DNA from: a virus
IMG/VR virus record: IMGVR_UViG_3300033998_000198
Span: 32,001 to 96,000 of that record
Strand: one strand, 5' to 3'
DNA: 64,000 nucleotides
In this document: positions 9,763-19,600 of the stretch, one piece after another
Layout: each line of letters starts with the position of its first letter
Position numbering within the stretch: the stretch's first letter is position 1
The notes under the pieces: generated by a model
Database searches by the model: none
Seen by the model: only the letters and a program-made list of their open reading frames with translations
Told to the model about the DNA's origin: nothing
Position numbers and translations under genes: made by a program

Positions 9763-10359
9763 ATGTTTGATCCAAAACAAGTAGACACGTTAGTAGCTAC
9801 AGCAAGAGAGACTTTGCGTAGACAACAGGAGGAGATGACACCAGGAGAGCCGGAGAATTTCTATCAGGACTTGATAGATGAGCAAAACGGAGAACAGGAA
9901 AAAGTTAAAGTACCTGAGAACGATTATGAAATAAAGAATGCTCCGGATAGTTACGAAGAAAGACCACATATTGCAAACAAACCAAGTGCAGAAGATTATC
10001 AGGAATATCCTAAAATTGATGAATTCGATAAACCAATATTCCCTGGCGGTCCGCTGCAATCTCAAATCAACTCCTGGAAGAAACAGTTCACAGGATATGA
10101 CATTTACGTTACAGAAGTGGCCGGAGAATACTTTGTATTCAGGACTTTGAACCGTTTTGAATACAAACAGATTGTATCTTTGCAAAATACAGATCCTCTC
10201 ATGCGTGAGGAAATTATCTGTGAAACCGTTACACTGTGGCCGGCAGGTTATAAATGGGATAGCATGGCAACGGGGAAGGCCGGCATTCCATCTACTTATT
10301 CTCAGATTATCATGGAGAAATCAGGATTCACTAAAGATTACGCTATCCAAATACTATAA
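9763..10359 (+). CDS. Putative tail assembly chaperone A (198 aa)
   Basis: Position between tube genes and tape-measure-position gene; acidic disordered N-terminus; FVFRTLNRFEYKQI motif shared with the next ORF. Confidence 0.6.
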   Translation: MFDPKQVDTLVATARETLRRQQEEMTPGEPENFYQDLIDEQNGEQEKVKVPENDYEIKNAPDSYEERPHIANKPSAEDYQEYPKIDEFDKPIFPGGPLQSQINSWKKQFTGYDIYVTEVAGEYFVFRTLNRFEYKQIVSLQNTDPLMREEIICETVTLWPAGYKWDSMATGKAGIPSTYSQIIMEKSGFTKDYAIQIL

Positions 10360-11066
10360 TGGAACAATTACAAGCATTCGATCTTTTGGTATTCAAGGAG
10401 CAGAATGAAGGTCACAGGGTCATGTATATCAATATTTGTAATCGTGAGTTTGTATTTAGGACTCTTGGAAAGAAGGAATACAAGAACATCCTGAATGTTG
10501 CAAATAATGAATTTGATCTCGAAGATATGATATGCCAGATTGCTTTGATATACCCTGAAGACTTTGACTTCAAGGATTGTCCTCTTGGAGGGTTGTCAAA
10601 GACAATTGCTCCTTTGATTACCGAACTTTCCGGATTTACCAATCCTGAGATCGTCCAGGAGACTTACGACCAGTATCGCCTGGAAATGAATAGTTTTGAG
10701 AATAAGGCATATGCCCTCATTAAGATGGCATTCCCCGAATTTACGTTTGAAGAAATGGAAGAATGGACATGGGATAAGGTTCTCAAGGTTGCAACAAAGG
10801 CAGAGTTTATCCTGAATGAAACTCACTTTAGAGATAACCCTATCGAGCTTGTCAAAGTAGACACTACGCCGCAGAAACAAATGGAACGCACTGAGTTTGT
10901 TCAGGAACTGCGGCAACAGGGTATTGACCCGATGAAATATTTCTGGAATGAAATTAATGTCAAGCCTCAATATGTAGACTTTCCGTTAATCGGTGGTGTG
11001 CATTGGCAGAACGAGGGGATATTGAATGAGATCAGACGACAGATGGAGAGAGCATCTAAGAGGTAA
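10359..11066 (+). CDS. Putative tail assembly chaperone B (235 aa)
   Basis: TAATG overlap with the previous gene; FVFRTLGKKEYKNI...IC...L..P motif paralogous to 9763-10359. Confidence 0.6.
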   Translation: MEQLQAFDLLVFKEQNEGHRVMYINICNREFVFRTLGKKEYKNILNVANNEFDLEDMICQIALIYPEDFDFKDCPLGGLSKTIAPLITELSGFTNPEIVQETYDQYRLEMNSFENKAYALIKMAFPEFTFEEMEEWTWDKVLKVATKAEFILNETHFRDNPIELVKVDTTPQKQMERTEFVQELRQQGIDPMKYFWNEINVKPQYVDFPLIGGVHWQNEGILNEIRRQMERASKR

Positions 11067-14000
11067 ATATCCAGAGTATCTGGGCAGACAGAGAAAATGG
11101 GCCGAAGATTATGACAGAGACGATACCGTAAAAGACGACAGCATCTTATCAAAACTGCTTATCGCTGCGGCGATAGGTGCTGCCGGATATGGTTTATATA
11201 AAAGCGGTGCATTAAGAAAGGCCATCAGTAAAGGCATTGATGAATTAGGGGAGTATAAAGGCGTTATCCCTGAAGCATTCAATGCCTTAAAAGCATGGAC
11301 TAAAACTGATGTGGATGTTCCAATCGGAAGCATATTCCGTCAGAATTTTTCCTCCTTAAAGTCTGTATCTAACTTTGTAAAGAACAAGGACATTATAAAT
11401 GACACCCTTGCCGATTTACGTGGTCTTCGTGAAATGGTTCAAAAGAGGATCGCACAGGTTAAAGATGAAGCCGACAGGATTACCAAAATGGCTGTCAAGG
11501 AAACAGACTTATTGTTTGAGATAGGTAATCTCAATGAAATGATGGATTCTGTCAAAGCAGACGATATACTGAAACGCCACCAAATGGAAATCGGAAACAA
11601 GGCACTTCAGACACTGATAGAAAAGAGAAGCGAAGGAGCTATGTCAAAGGCTGCCCAAGCAAAGCTCAAACAAAATGGATACAGGCTTCTTACTATAGGT
11701 GATGTTCTCAAGGTAGACACACAGACAAATAAACCGTTGCTTATTAACAGCACAAGCAGGTTCGAAGTAGAAGAACAGACATTAAAAGAACTGACAGATT
11801 TCTTCTCTACCTTTGAGGTAATAGACAAAAAGACCGGGAAGAAGTCTCTTGCAATCAATAACTTTGACATGATCAAAGACATCACATTCGATAGAGGACT
11901 CATGATCAATGAGTTCGGAAAGATTGCAGACATAAGGCGAGCTGACAGACACTTTGCACAGATGATGGTTTCTGCTTCGCTTGATTTTCATATACCGTTA
12001 ATAAAGATACGTCCGTTTGAAATGGTCGGACTGCATAACAAATTCATGCGTCAGGAAGTAAAATACGGTTATCTGTCTGCAAAAACATTTCAGCCAATAC
12101 TTACAGGTAAGCCCGGTCAGGAGTATCTCGGCAAGAGCATGGTGTTCATGCACGGTAATGTATTTGACATAGATAAAAACGGTAACATGAAATTAGTTGC
12201 CCAGGGAGGTAAACTGCTCCATATTCGTGACGACGCAAACGTTGGATATGGAATCAGCAAACACGCCGATATCATAAGAAAAATGGCAAACCTTCAGAAT
12301 GTACACTTCCAGACGTACACAGCCGAGGACGGACGAATCAAGGCGGCTTACTCTAAAGTGATGGAATGGTTCGGGCTTGGTTTCCAGGACAAGAAGATAT
12401 CAACGGAATTTGAACTCTTTAAGCCTTCAACATGGGATTCTCTACTTAATAAATGGCAGCCGTTCAGGCCATACAAATCCTCATTTGTAACAAGACCGCA
12501 GGATTCTTTCGGACATTCTCCGACAGGTCCTACGTATTTGTTTATGTATCAAGGCAAGACATTTAAAGACGTAATGCAAGGCAGCGTATCTATAGAGGAT
12601 TTCTTCAAGCAGTTTGTTGCAGGAAGAAAGAACTTGAAGAATGTAACTACGGCAACAATGGTTCCGTATCATCTTCTTGACCGTCTCAGCAACTCGCTGA
12701 GAGCTGTTAGTGCAGGTGGTATTAGCCTTGGCTTAAAGACAGAAGACCTTGGATCGGTCCAGGATATCTTCAAGAACTTGATGCTAAAGCGTATACTTCC
12801 GGTTTATCTTGGCATACAGGCTTGGATATACATAAATAACAAAGAAGAAGGCAAACAGCCTGAAGACAAGATTGCAAATACTGTTGTAAACCTCGACCTT
12901 GCATGGCATGGAGTAAAAGACAGGCTCGGCCTTACATCTTGGGCAAAACGTGTATCTCAGCTTATGCCAGGAGGAGAGCAGATAAGTGACATTCCCGGTC
13001 TTGGAGTTCTCGATATGACTTCAACCAGGGAGGAAAAAGAACAATGGTACAAGACTGGTATGGAGCCAATTCGTAAAGGGCGTTACTGGAGTCTTGGCAA
13101 TACTCCATTTACTGGAGGCAAGATAGAATATTATGCACCAAATTGGTACAGAAGGGTAATCAGCGATTACAAGTGGACAGATTCACAGTGGGGAAGTCGG
13201 GATGAATACTTTGCAAATGCTCCATTTCCGACTCCAAAATATCCTTTCGCTCCAATACGGCACTTTATTACTGACCCGTATCATTGGGAGAAAAAGCATT
13301 ATCATGACAGACCATATATGCTGTCGTCTCCGGCATTCAGTAATGTACCAATAGTAGGTCCTGTACTCAGTGCAACTCTTGGCCGGCTGTTAAAACCACA
13401 GATTCGCATGCATCCTGAAGCATGGGCACCAAAACTTGAAGGGTATTCGGTCGTGGATCAAGGAACAGGAGATAACACCGGTACTGTTCTTCCTGACCAA
13501 TTGGTTGCAACAAATAGGTTTCCTGGAACTGAAATCACAGTTGTCCCTGAAGCAGAAATGGGACAGAAGCCGCTTGATTCATTGTTTCATTGGAGCAGGA
13601 AACCGAAGACCAATACAAATGATATTATATATGTTACGCCAAGCGGGCAAACAAGCATTGTCAGCATACCTAACAGCATCTCAATCAAGGATTTGAACGA
13701 CCAATTACGTAAAGAATCAATCAGGAAAGTCCGTGGTGCGTCTGAGAAACGTGATGGTGGTCTGATTAAAGATAACGCTGTTGCAAAACAACTCATCAGC
13801 AATATCGAGAATACGTTAAATGACCAATACGATGTATTCTCTGAAATTGGAGGTATATATGGATTCGGTATCAATGCTCTTATAGGTAATGGTTCTGATG
13901 TTGGTGGTGTGGAAATCGAAACACCCGCCTATGCGACATCCTTAAATAAAGCATTCTGGGATCAGGATCTCGGTGGACTTGGTGGAGAATTCTCTGAAAT

Positions 14001-16617
14001 CTATCGTAGGTTTATACCAAAGAGAAGGCGTGAGATTGAATATTACAATCCAATCAGAAACACCATGCCTACATGGATGCCGGGAACAGATTATTTTACA
14101 GACTTCCAGCATGGTGATCCTTACGCCAAGATTAAACGTGGAGAAGCAAGACTTCCTGGAGAAGGGTATGAGAAGCTATATGGAATCAGAGACCCTATGG
14201 AGCTCGGAATAGGTTCGTCGTTTATAGGTAAATCAGTTGATGATATCGTTAAACATTTCTTACACCAGGACGAAATCATAGACGAAGACCAGCTTGATAT
14301 TGTGCAATCTGGTACAGATTTTCATGAGAAAGTTCAGTCGGCATGGAAAAAGAAAGGCTTGCTTCTTGATGCAGAAGTTGAAGTTAATGACAGGAAACAC
14401 AATGTCATTGGATTCTATGATGCACGTATTCTTGATGAATCTTCACCAACAGGCGACGCTATTGCTGAAATAAAGACAATCAACGATAATGGGTTTAAGG
14501 AACTTGACAAAAAAGGGCCAATGGATTACCACCAGAAACAGCTTAACTTCTATCTGTGGGCAACACATAGGCCAAAAGGTTATATTTATTACATCAACAG
14601 GGATCATCCGGAACAGGAAGCAAAAATATTCCCTATGGCATATGACCAGAAGATGATGGAAGAAACATTCAAGAATCTTGAGCAAGCCAGGAAGATCATC
14701 AAAGACAAAATAGCCTTAAATGAGATCCAAAGAGGAGACTTGTACGATTACTTTGACAGGTTCCGCATACTTGCAGATGTAGCACCATACTCAAAAGAGT
14801 TCAAAGAATACAGGGCTTTGATAAGCAAGATGCAGCTAACCAAGGAACAAGAGGCTGAAGCAAAGGAAATACGTAAGCGTGTAATTGAACAAAACAAACC
14901 GCTTAGGATATATCCTTATAAATTCCAGACTTCAAACATAAAAGTACAGACTGTAACTGTAAAACGCAAGATAGACAACGAGAAGTTCCTTACATATGAG
15001 TTCCCTGACAACCCAATAGAGCTTGCCGGCGTTAATCTTCCTAACAGCAAAACTTCCAAAGAAGGGAGGGCAGCAACTCAGTTTATTGACCGGTTTATCC
15101 ATGAAGGAGCCAGGATACAGGTCGGAGTTGATGCAGACCCGTTGAACCTTATACAGGATAACACTTATAAGACGATCAAAGCTGTCGTATACTCAGGCAA
15201 GACAAACATCAACCGCACGGCAATACAGCAGGGAGTAGGAAAGGAAAATGAAGATGACTTCTCGCCTGCCGGTGTTCATGCTCGTTTTACCGAAGGTGAA
15301 ATCAGATTCGGCAAAGTATGGGAGAAATTCGCTCACTTGAATACTATGTTCCATATAAAGTTCTTGCAGGTAAGGTCTGCACTTGAGAGTTATGAACGCA
15401 GGGATTTATACGGCAAAGACTTTCAAAGATGGGAGCATCCTATCCGGGACTTCCTCCGCCCAGCAATCGACCAGAATATAAACAACAAGTATGGAATACT
15501 GGTTGGCGGTTTGGTCGGCTCATTGTTTGGCCGTACACTTTATGGTAAAATTATAGGAGCAACAGTTGGTGTTGCAGTAATTGGTTCAGGTAAGGCATAC
15601 AAGAAAGCATATGAATTAATTTCAGGTGAGAAATGGATACCTGAACGCAGGGAAAAAGAACGTGATTTAAACGAATACATTGACATCCTGAAATTTATCA
15701 AATACAAGCGATTGTATGTTGAGTATGCACAGAAATCAAAACTCAAGGAGAACTTTGATGTTCAGAAGTTCCTTGACGCTCAGAAAGCTCGTGGTGAAAA
15801 AAATAAAGCAAGAATCAAGGATCTTGAAGAAGCAAAGAGGTTAATAAAAATCAAGGGCGACAGTGCAATACGGTCGATGTATAAACAGTATAGACCAAAA
15901 TACGGCACCCCAGGAATGAACGTGGACGAGATGATATCTGCAATCAACAAAGAAATGACAGAACTCATGAATGAACGAAAGGCCGTTAAAGTTCCAAAGA
16001 TTGCACAAAAGGCCATTGCATACTACAACTTATCAGAGAAGACCATGTACGGATACGATGTCGGAGAGCCTATCCAAAACATCCTGGCCGCAATGCCAAA
16101 GAAGGATAGACAGTATCTCAGTTACTTTATGAAAGCTCCGGAAGAAGAACGCATGAAGATTCTTGAGGTGGCTCCACGGTATGTCCGCAGGGTTCTCGAA
16201 CAAACATGGGGGCTGCCTGTTGAGGGCAAACCAGATCTTATTCAGTATTTCAAGCACCATCAACTTCCAGGACCTGACTGGGAAGGATGGGATGAAAACA
16301 TAAACCTGGATCTGGTTAAAGTTAAAATGGTTCGTAATGAAGCCCTTGATATTTCAGATTTTAATATCTGGGAAGACGACGTGCAGCAGGCAAAAGCAAT
16401 GGGACCTATTCCGCTGCCTAAACTATATATAAGTGACTATGCAGAGAAGGTAAAGGCAAAACTCGAAGATCTACTGCACGGAATAGGACTAAACGACGTA
16501 TCTGTAAGCTATTCTCTATCATCAAAGGATATTGATGTAGATATAGACCTGCAAAGAGACAAAAAGAAAGAGATAGAGAGGTACATTAACGAAAAAGGTG
16601 CATCTCTATTCCAATAG
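11026..16617 (+). CDS. Giant tape-measure-position protein with PD-(D/E)XK nuclease and degenerate thermonuclease-like domain (1863 aa)
   Basis: GAGGG RBS at 11013-11017. Hydrophobic Gly/Ala segments (IAAAIGAAGYGLY; GILVGGLVGSLFG...GATVGVAVIG). Nuclease motifs GTDFH (14311-14325), E, GFYD (D at 14419), EIKT (14467-14478), QLNFY. SNase-like V..KIDNEKF...IELAGVNLP...EGRAATQF...AVVY.GKTNIN (~14941-15250). Confidence 0.75.
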   Translation: MRSDDRWREHLRGKYPEYLGRQRKWAEDYDRDDTVKDDSILSKLLIAAAIGAAGYGLYKSGALRKAISKGIDELGEYKGVIPEAFNALKAWTKTDVDVPIGSIFRQNFSSLKSVSNFVKNKDIINDTLADLRGLREMVQKRIAQVKDEADRITKMAVKETDLLFEIGNLNEMMDSVKADDILKRHQMEIGNKALQTLIEKRSEGAMSKAAQAKLKQNGYRLLTIGDVLKVDTQTNKPLLINSTSRFEVEEQTLKELTDFFSTFEVIDKKTGKKSLAINNFDMIKDITFDRGLMINEFGKIADIRRADRHFAQMMVSASLDFHIPLIKIRPFEMVGLHNKFMRQEVKYGYLSAKTFQPILTGKPGQEYLGKSMVFMHGNVFDIDKNGNMKLVAQGGKLLHIRDDANVGYGISKHADIIRKMANLQNVHFQTYTAEDGRIKAAYSKVMEWFGLGFQDKKISTEFELFKPSTWDSLLNKWQPFRPYKSSFVTRPQDSFGHSPTGPTYLFMYQGKTFKDVMQGSVSIEDFFKQFVAGRKNLKNVTTATMVPYHLLDRLSNSLRAVSAGGISLGLKTEDLGSVQDIFKNLMLKRILPVYLGIQAWIYINNKEEGKQPEDKIANTVVNLDLAWHGVKDRLGLTSWAKRVSQLMPGGEQISDIPGLGVLDMTSTREEKEQWYKTGMEPIRKGRYWSLGNTPFTGGKIEYYAPNWYRRVISDYKWTDSQWGSRDEYFANAPFPTPKYPFAPIRHFITDPYHWEKKHYHDRPYMLSSPAFSNVPIVGPVLSATLGRLLKPQIRMHPEAWAPKLEGYSVVDQGTGDNTGTVLPDQLVATNRFPGTEITVVPEAEMGQKPLDSLFHWSRKPKTNTNDIIYVTPSGQTSIVSIPNSISIKDLNDQLRKESIRKVRGASEKRDGGLIKDNAVAKQLISNIENTLNDQYDVFSEIGGIYGFGINALIGNGSDVGGVEIETPAYATSLNKAFWDQDLGGLGGEFSEIYRRFIPKRRREIEYYNPIRNTMPTWMPGTDYFTDFQHGDPYAKIKRGEARLPGEGYEKLYGIRDPMELGIGSSFIGKSVDDIVKHFLHQDEIIDEDQLDIVQSGTDFHEKVQSAWKKKGLLLDAEVEVNDRKHNVIGFYDARILDESSPTGDAIAEIKTINDNGFKELDKKGPMDYHQKQLNFYLWATHRPKGYIYYINRDHPEQEAKIFPMAYDQKMMEETFKNLEQARKIIKDKIALNEIQRGDLYDYFDRFRILADVAPYSKEFKEYRALISKMQLTKEQEAEAKEIRKRVIEQNKPLRIYPYKFQTSNIKVQTVTVKRKIDNEKFLTYEFPDNPIELAGVNLPNSKTSKEGRAATQFIDRFIHEGARIQVGVDADPLNLIQDNTYKTIKAVVYSGKTNINRTAIQQGVGKENEDDFSPAGVHARFTEGEIRFGKVWEKFAHLNTMFHIKFLQVRSALESYERRDLYGKDFQRWEHPIRDFLRPAIDQNINNKYGILVGGLVGSLFGRTLYGKIIGATVGVAVIGSGKAYKKAYELISGEKWIPERREKERDLNEYIDILKFIKYKRLYVEYAQKSKLKENFDVQKFLDAQKARGEKNKARIKDLEEAKRLIKIKGDSAIRSMYKQYRPKYGTPGMNVDEMISAINKEMTELMNERKAVKVPKIAQKAIAYYNLSEKTMYGYDVGEPIQNILAAMPKKDRQYLSYFMKAPEEERMKILEVAPRYVRRVLEQTWGLPVEGKPDLIQYFKHHQLPGPDWEGWDENINLDLVKVKMVRNEALDISDFNIWEDDVQQAKAMGPIPLPKLYISDYAEKVKAKLEDLLHGIGLNDVSVSYSLSSKDIDVDIDLQRDKKKEIERYINEKGASLFQ

Positions 16618-16628
16618 GGGGTTAAAGC

Positions 16629-19600
16629 ATGGCAATTAGACCGGTAATGAGTGCTAATATGAACAGTAACCTGAAGATGAACAGGTATAGTGATTTCTTC
16701 AATGGCATGGATGAAGAAAAGATTGACGCATATAAAAACGTCCGTGGAATGATAGATGAGTTAAAAGGTACTGAAGCCGACGTATCATTAAAGGACTTTT
16801 ATTTCAAGTCATTCAATGCAGGAGTAATGGATTATAACATTCCTGCACTTGAGCAAGGCATGAATATGTTTAATGATATGCTGGACGCCGGTGCCGGTTC
16901 TGTGTACGCAATGGACCTTGAAACTCTCGGCAACCCTTTTGGTGATGCATCAGAAAAGGGTTTGTTTGCCATTACAGAAATGACTCTTACCAAGAAAGAT
17001 CTCGCAACAGGTACTGTCCTTGACGTACAAAACGTCCTGTTCGGCCTTACTGAAGAACAAAGGCTTGCTTACGAAAATCTGATTGCCAGAGCTGAACTCG
17101 GATACAACTCATTGACCAGTTCAGAAAAGGCAACTATAGAACGTCTTGCAAGGTATGGAGCAAAGGATACTAAGATTATTAACAGAGGAGGCAAAGCAAT
17201 ACTTGCCAACCTCGGTATAGCTAATCCTATGGATCTTACCGCAGCAAAGAAGGGTTTAAATAGACTTGTAGATATAGGTCCCGGGCAGGCATGGGGTAGC
17301 CAGTTTGCCCGTGACCAGCTAATCATTGCATCAAATCACTTAAATCAGATAAAAGGCCCAAACAATATTTTGTTCACACACAACGGCAGCAAGTTTGATA
17401 TGCCTGCTTTTAACGAAGCATTACGTATGCATGGTATTAGCAATACAATTAACGACATAAACCATGTTGACTTTCAAGCTGCCATTCATACAGCATATGG
17501 TGGAGATACACTGAATCTTCACTTAACAGCCCGTGAAACAAACGGTGTAAAAGGTAAGATTAAAGGGGCTCTTGAAACTCTTGATAAACTTGCAGAATCT
17601 TTTGGTATAAGGACTCACGCCCATGTTGCCTCAAACGACAACAGGACGTTGATTAACCTTTTAACTGCTCCGTACAGGAAAACTGAGCATGGTACAATCA
17701 ATCTTGGCCAGGACTTAAAGTCCAGACTGAATGCATATTCAGTTCTGTCAAAACACCAGGACATTGATCCAAGCACTGTTGCTGACAAGGTTATATTCGT
17801 AAAGAATGCCGTATATACAAATGGTCTTGACTACATAAAAACAAGTGAAGGAATCAAACCTTACGGAGACTGGCCATTACAAAGGAATAATTTCTATAGG
17901 ATTGAAAATGTCGGGAAAGTAAATATCAAAGACACCGCTTCTTTGCGGAAGATAGGCATAAATGTGCCTGCCGGAAGCACTGGAAGTGATCTTTATTATA
18001 TGACACTACGCAATGTGGCTACCGGTAAAGAAGAAGAAACAATAAATATAGTACGTAGTTCAAGAGAAGAACTTCAGGCATTGTTCCAGAAAAATCTTGA
18101 GGTGTTCCGGTACACTAAAGACCTTAAAGATATAAGTTCAGACCTTGACGCAAAGATGGCATTGCAAAACCAGATTGTAAGCCAGGCAATGATTGATGAA
18201 ACGACAAGGCTTGCCACAAGGGACAATGCAAGACGTAAGTTTGAAGGTATGTTCCAGACTTCAGGTAAAGGGTTTAATTATGCCAAAGGAATGTACCAAA
18301 CCTATAATAATTTATACCAGAACGGCATTACAACAGCGGAAGAAGCGGCACTCTATATCCAAAACAATCCTACAAGTGAATTGTTAAGAGGTCTTCAGTA
18401 TAAAGGAGATATTATACCCGAACGTCGTAGTGATTTCCTTGAGATGTTCAACCTCATCAGAGATACTTCAGACACGATGACTACTGTAATCAACAGAATT
18501 GAATCCAACATCCCAGTCAAAGGAGAAGCTGGAACCGTCAAAAGGACTGTTGCTCTCGGACGTGCGTATGAGAATCTTCAGAATGCAATTATGCAAGCCT
18601 CCGGTGTTGCTGAGAACATAGCAAAGAACAGGAAGCTGATAACCCCATATCCAATGGATATTGACGTTATTAATATAGGTGTTGATGACATTCATAGAAT
18701 CACTGTAAGGGCTCGTTCTGTTGAAGAAGCAAGGATTAACATATTAAATGGAATAGACAAACTGGTAGGTACAGAGAAGAACAAGAGGGCAAGAGAAAAC
18801 AAACGAATGTTCTATCTAAGACGGCTTGCAGAGAATGTCTATGGAAAAGATTCAGAGAAGCTGGAACGTATGTTTGGTCAGCTTGACAGTGCATACTATA
18901 CTGCCGGAGAAATTGCAGGCGACCTTAACAAACAGTTCCTTGACGGAACATTAAATATCGGCCGTGACGAGATATACGCTACAGATCTTGATAGTTATGT
19001 CATCAATTCATCTACATTTGACCAGTTCATGGTTGATAATAACATTAACGTTCTTGGCTTGACCGACGCTGCAAGTGCCCATATCGGGTCTTTAACCGAG
19101 GCTTCTCTTGGCGATACAGTTGTCATGGAAAAAGGCGTGTTTACCATTAAGGATGAAAACCTTAGAAAACTCTTGATGGAGGATTATCACTATAGTGCAG
19201 ATAACGTGCACGACCTTATGAGAGGATTATATGGTAAAAGTCCGGATGGTACTGAATACGGCCTTGTCAATAAACATGGTTTGGTTGCCGAATTGTTTGT
19301 TGACGAAGAAGGGTATCTTTCTATAGCATTGACAGACAAGAAACATGCAACAGAATTATACGAATCTCTGGCAAAGAACGAGGTTCCAAAGAACGCGGCC
19401 ATATCAAGGCTTCCGCAGGTAAGCTATTATGGCGATGACACTGACCTGTTAAAGAAGGTGTCATTTGGAAGCGTTGAGAAACAGGTAACTACTGAACTTA
19501 ATACATATTATTCTCCTGGTTCGAGCGAAAGCTATTATAATAACATCAGGATAGCTGCAAGGGACACAACCAGCGAATCGCTAAACTCCCTTGTTAAACT

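Noticed and set aside
10330-10370. Programmed -1 frameshift between the chaperone-like genes
   Set aside because: No X XXY YYZ slippery heptamer at the junction, and the second gene is a full paralog with its own coupled start.
14280-14620. Cas4 gene / CRISPR-Cas locus
   Set aside because: The Cas4-like motifs are a domain inside a 1863-aa protein, lack the Fe-S cysteines, and no repeat-spacer array or other cas genes are visible.
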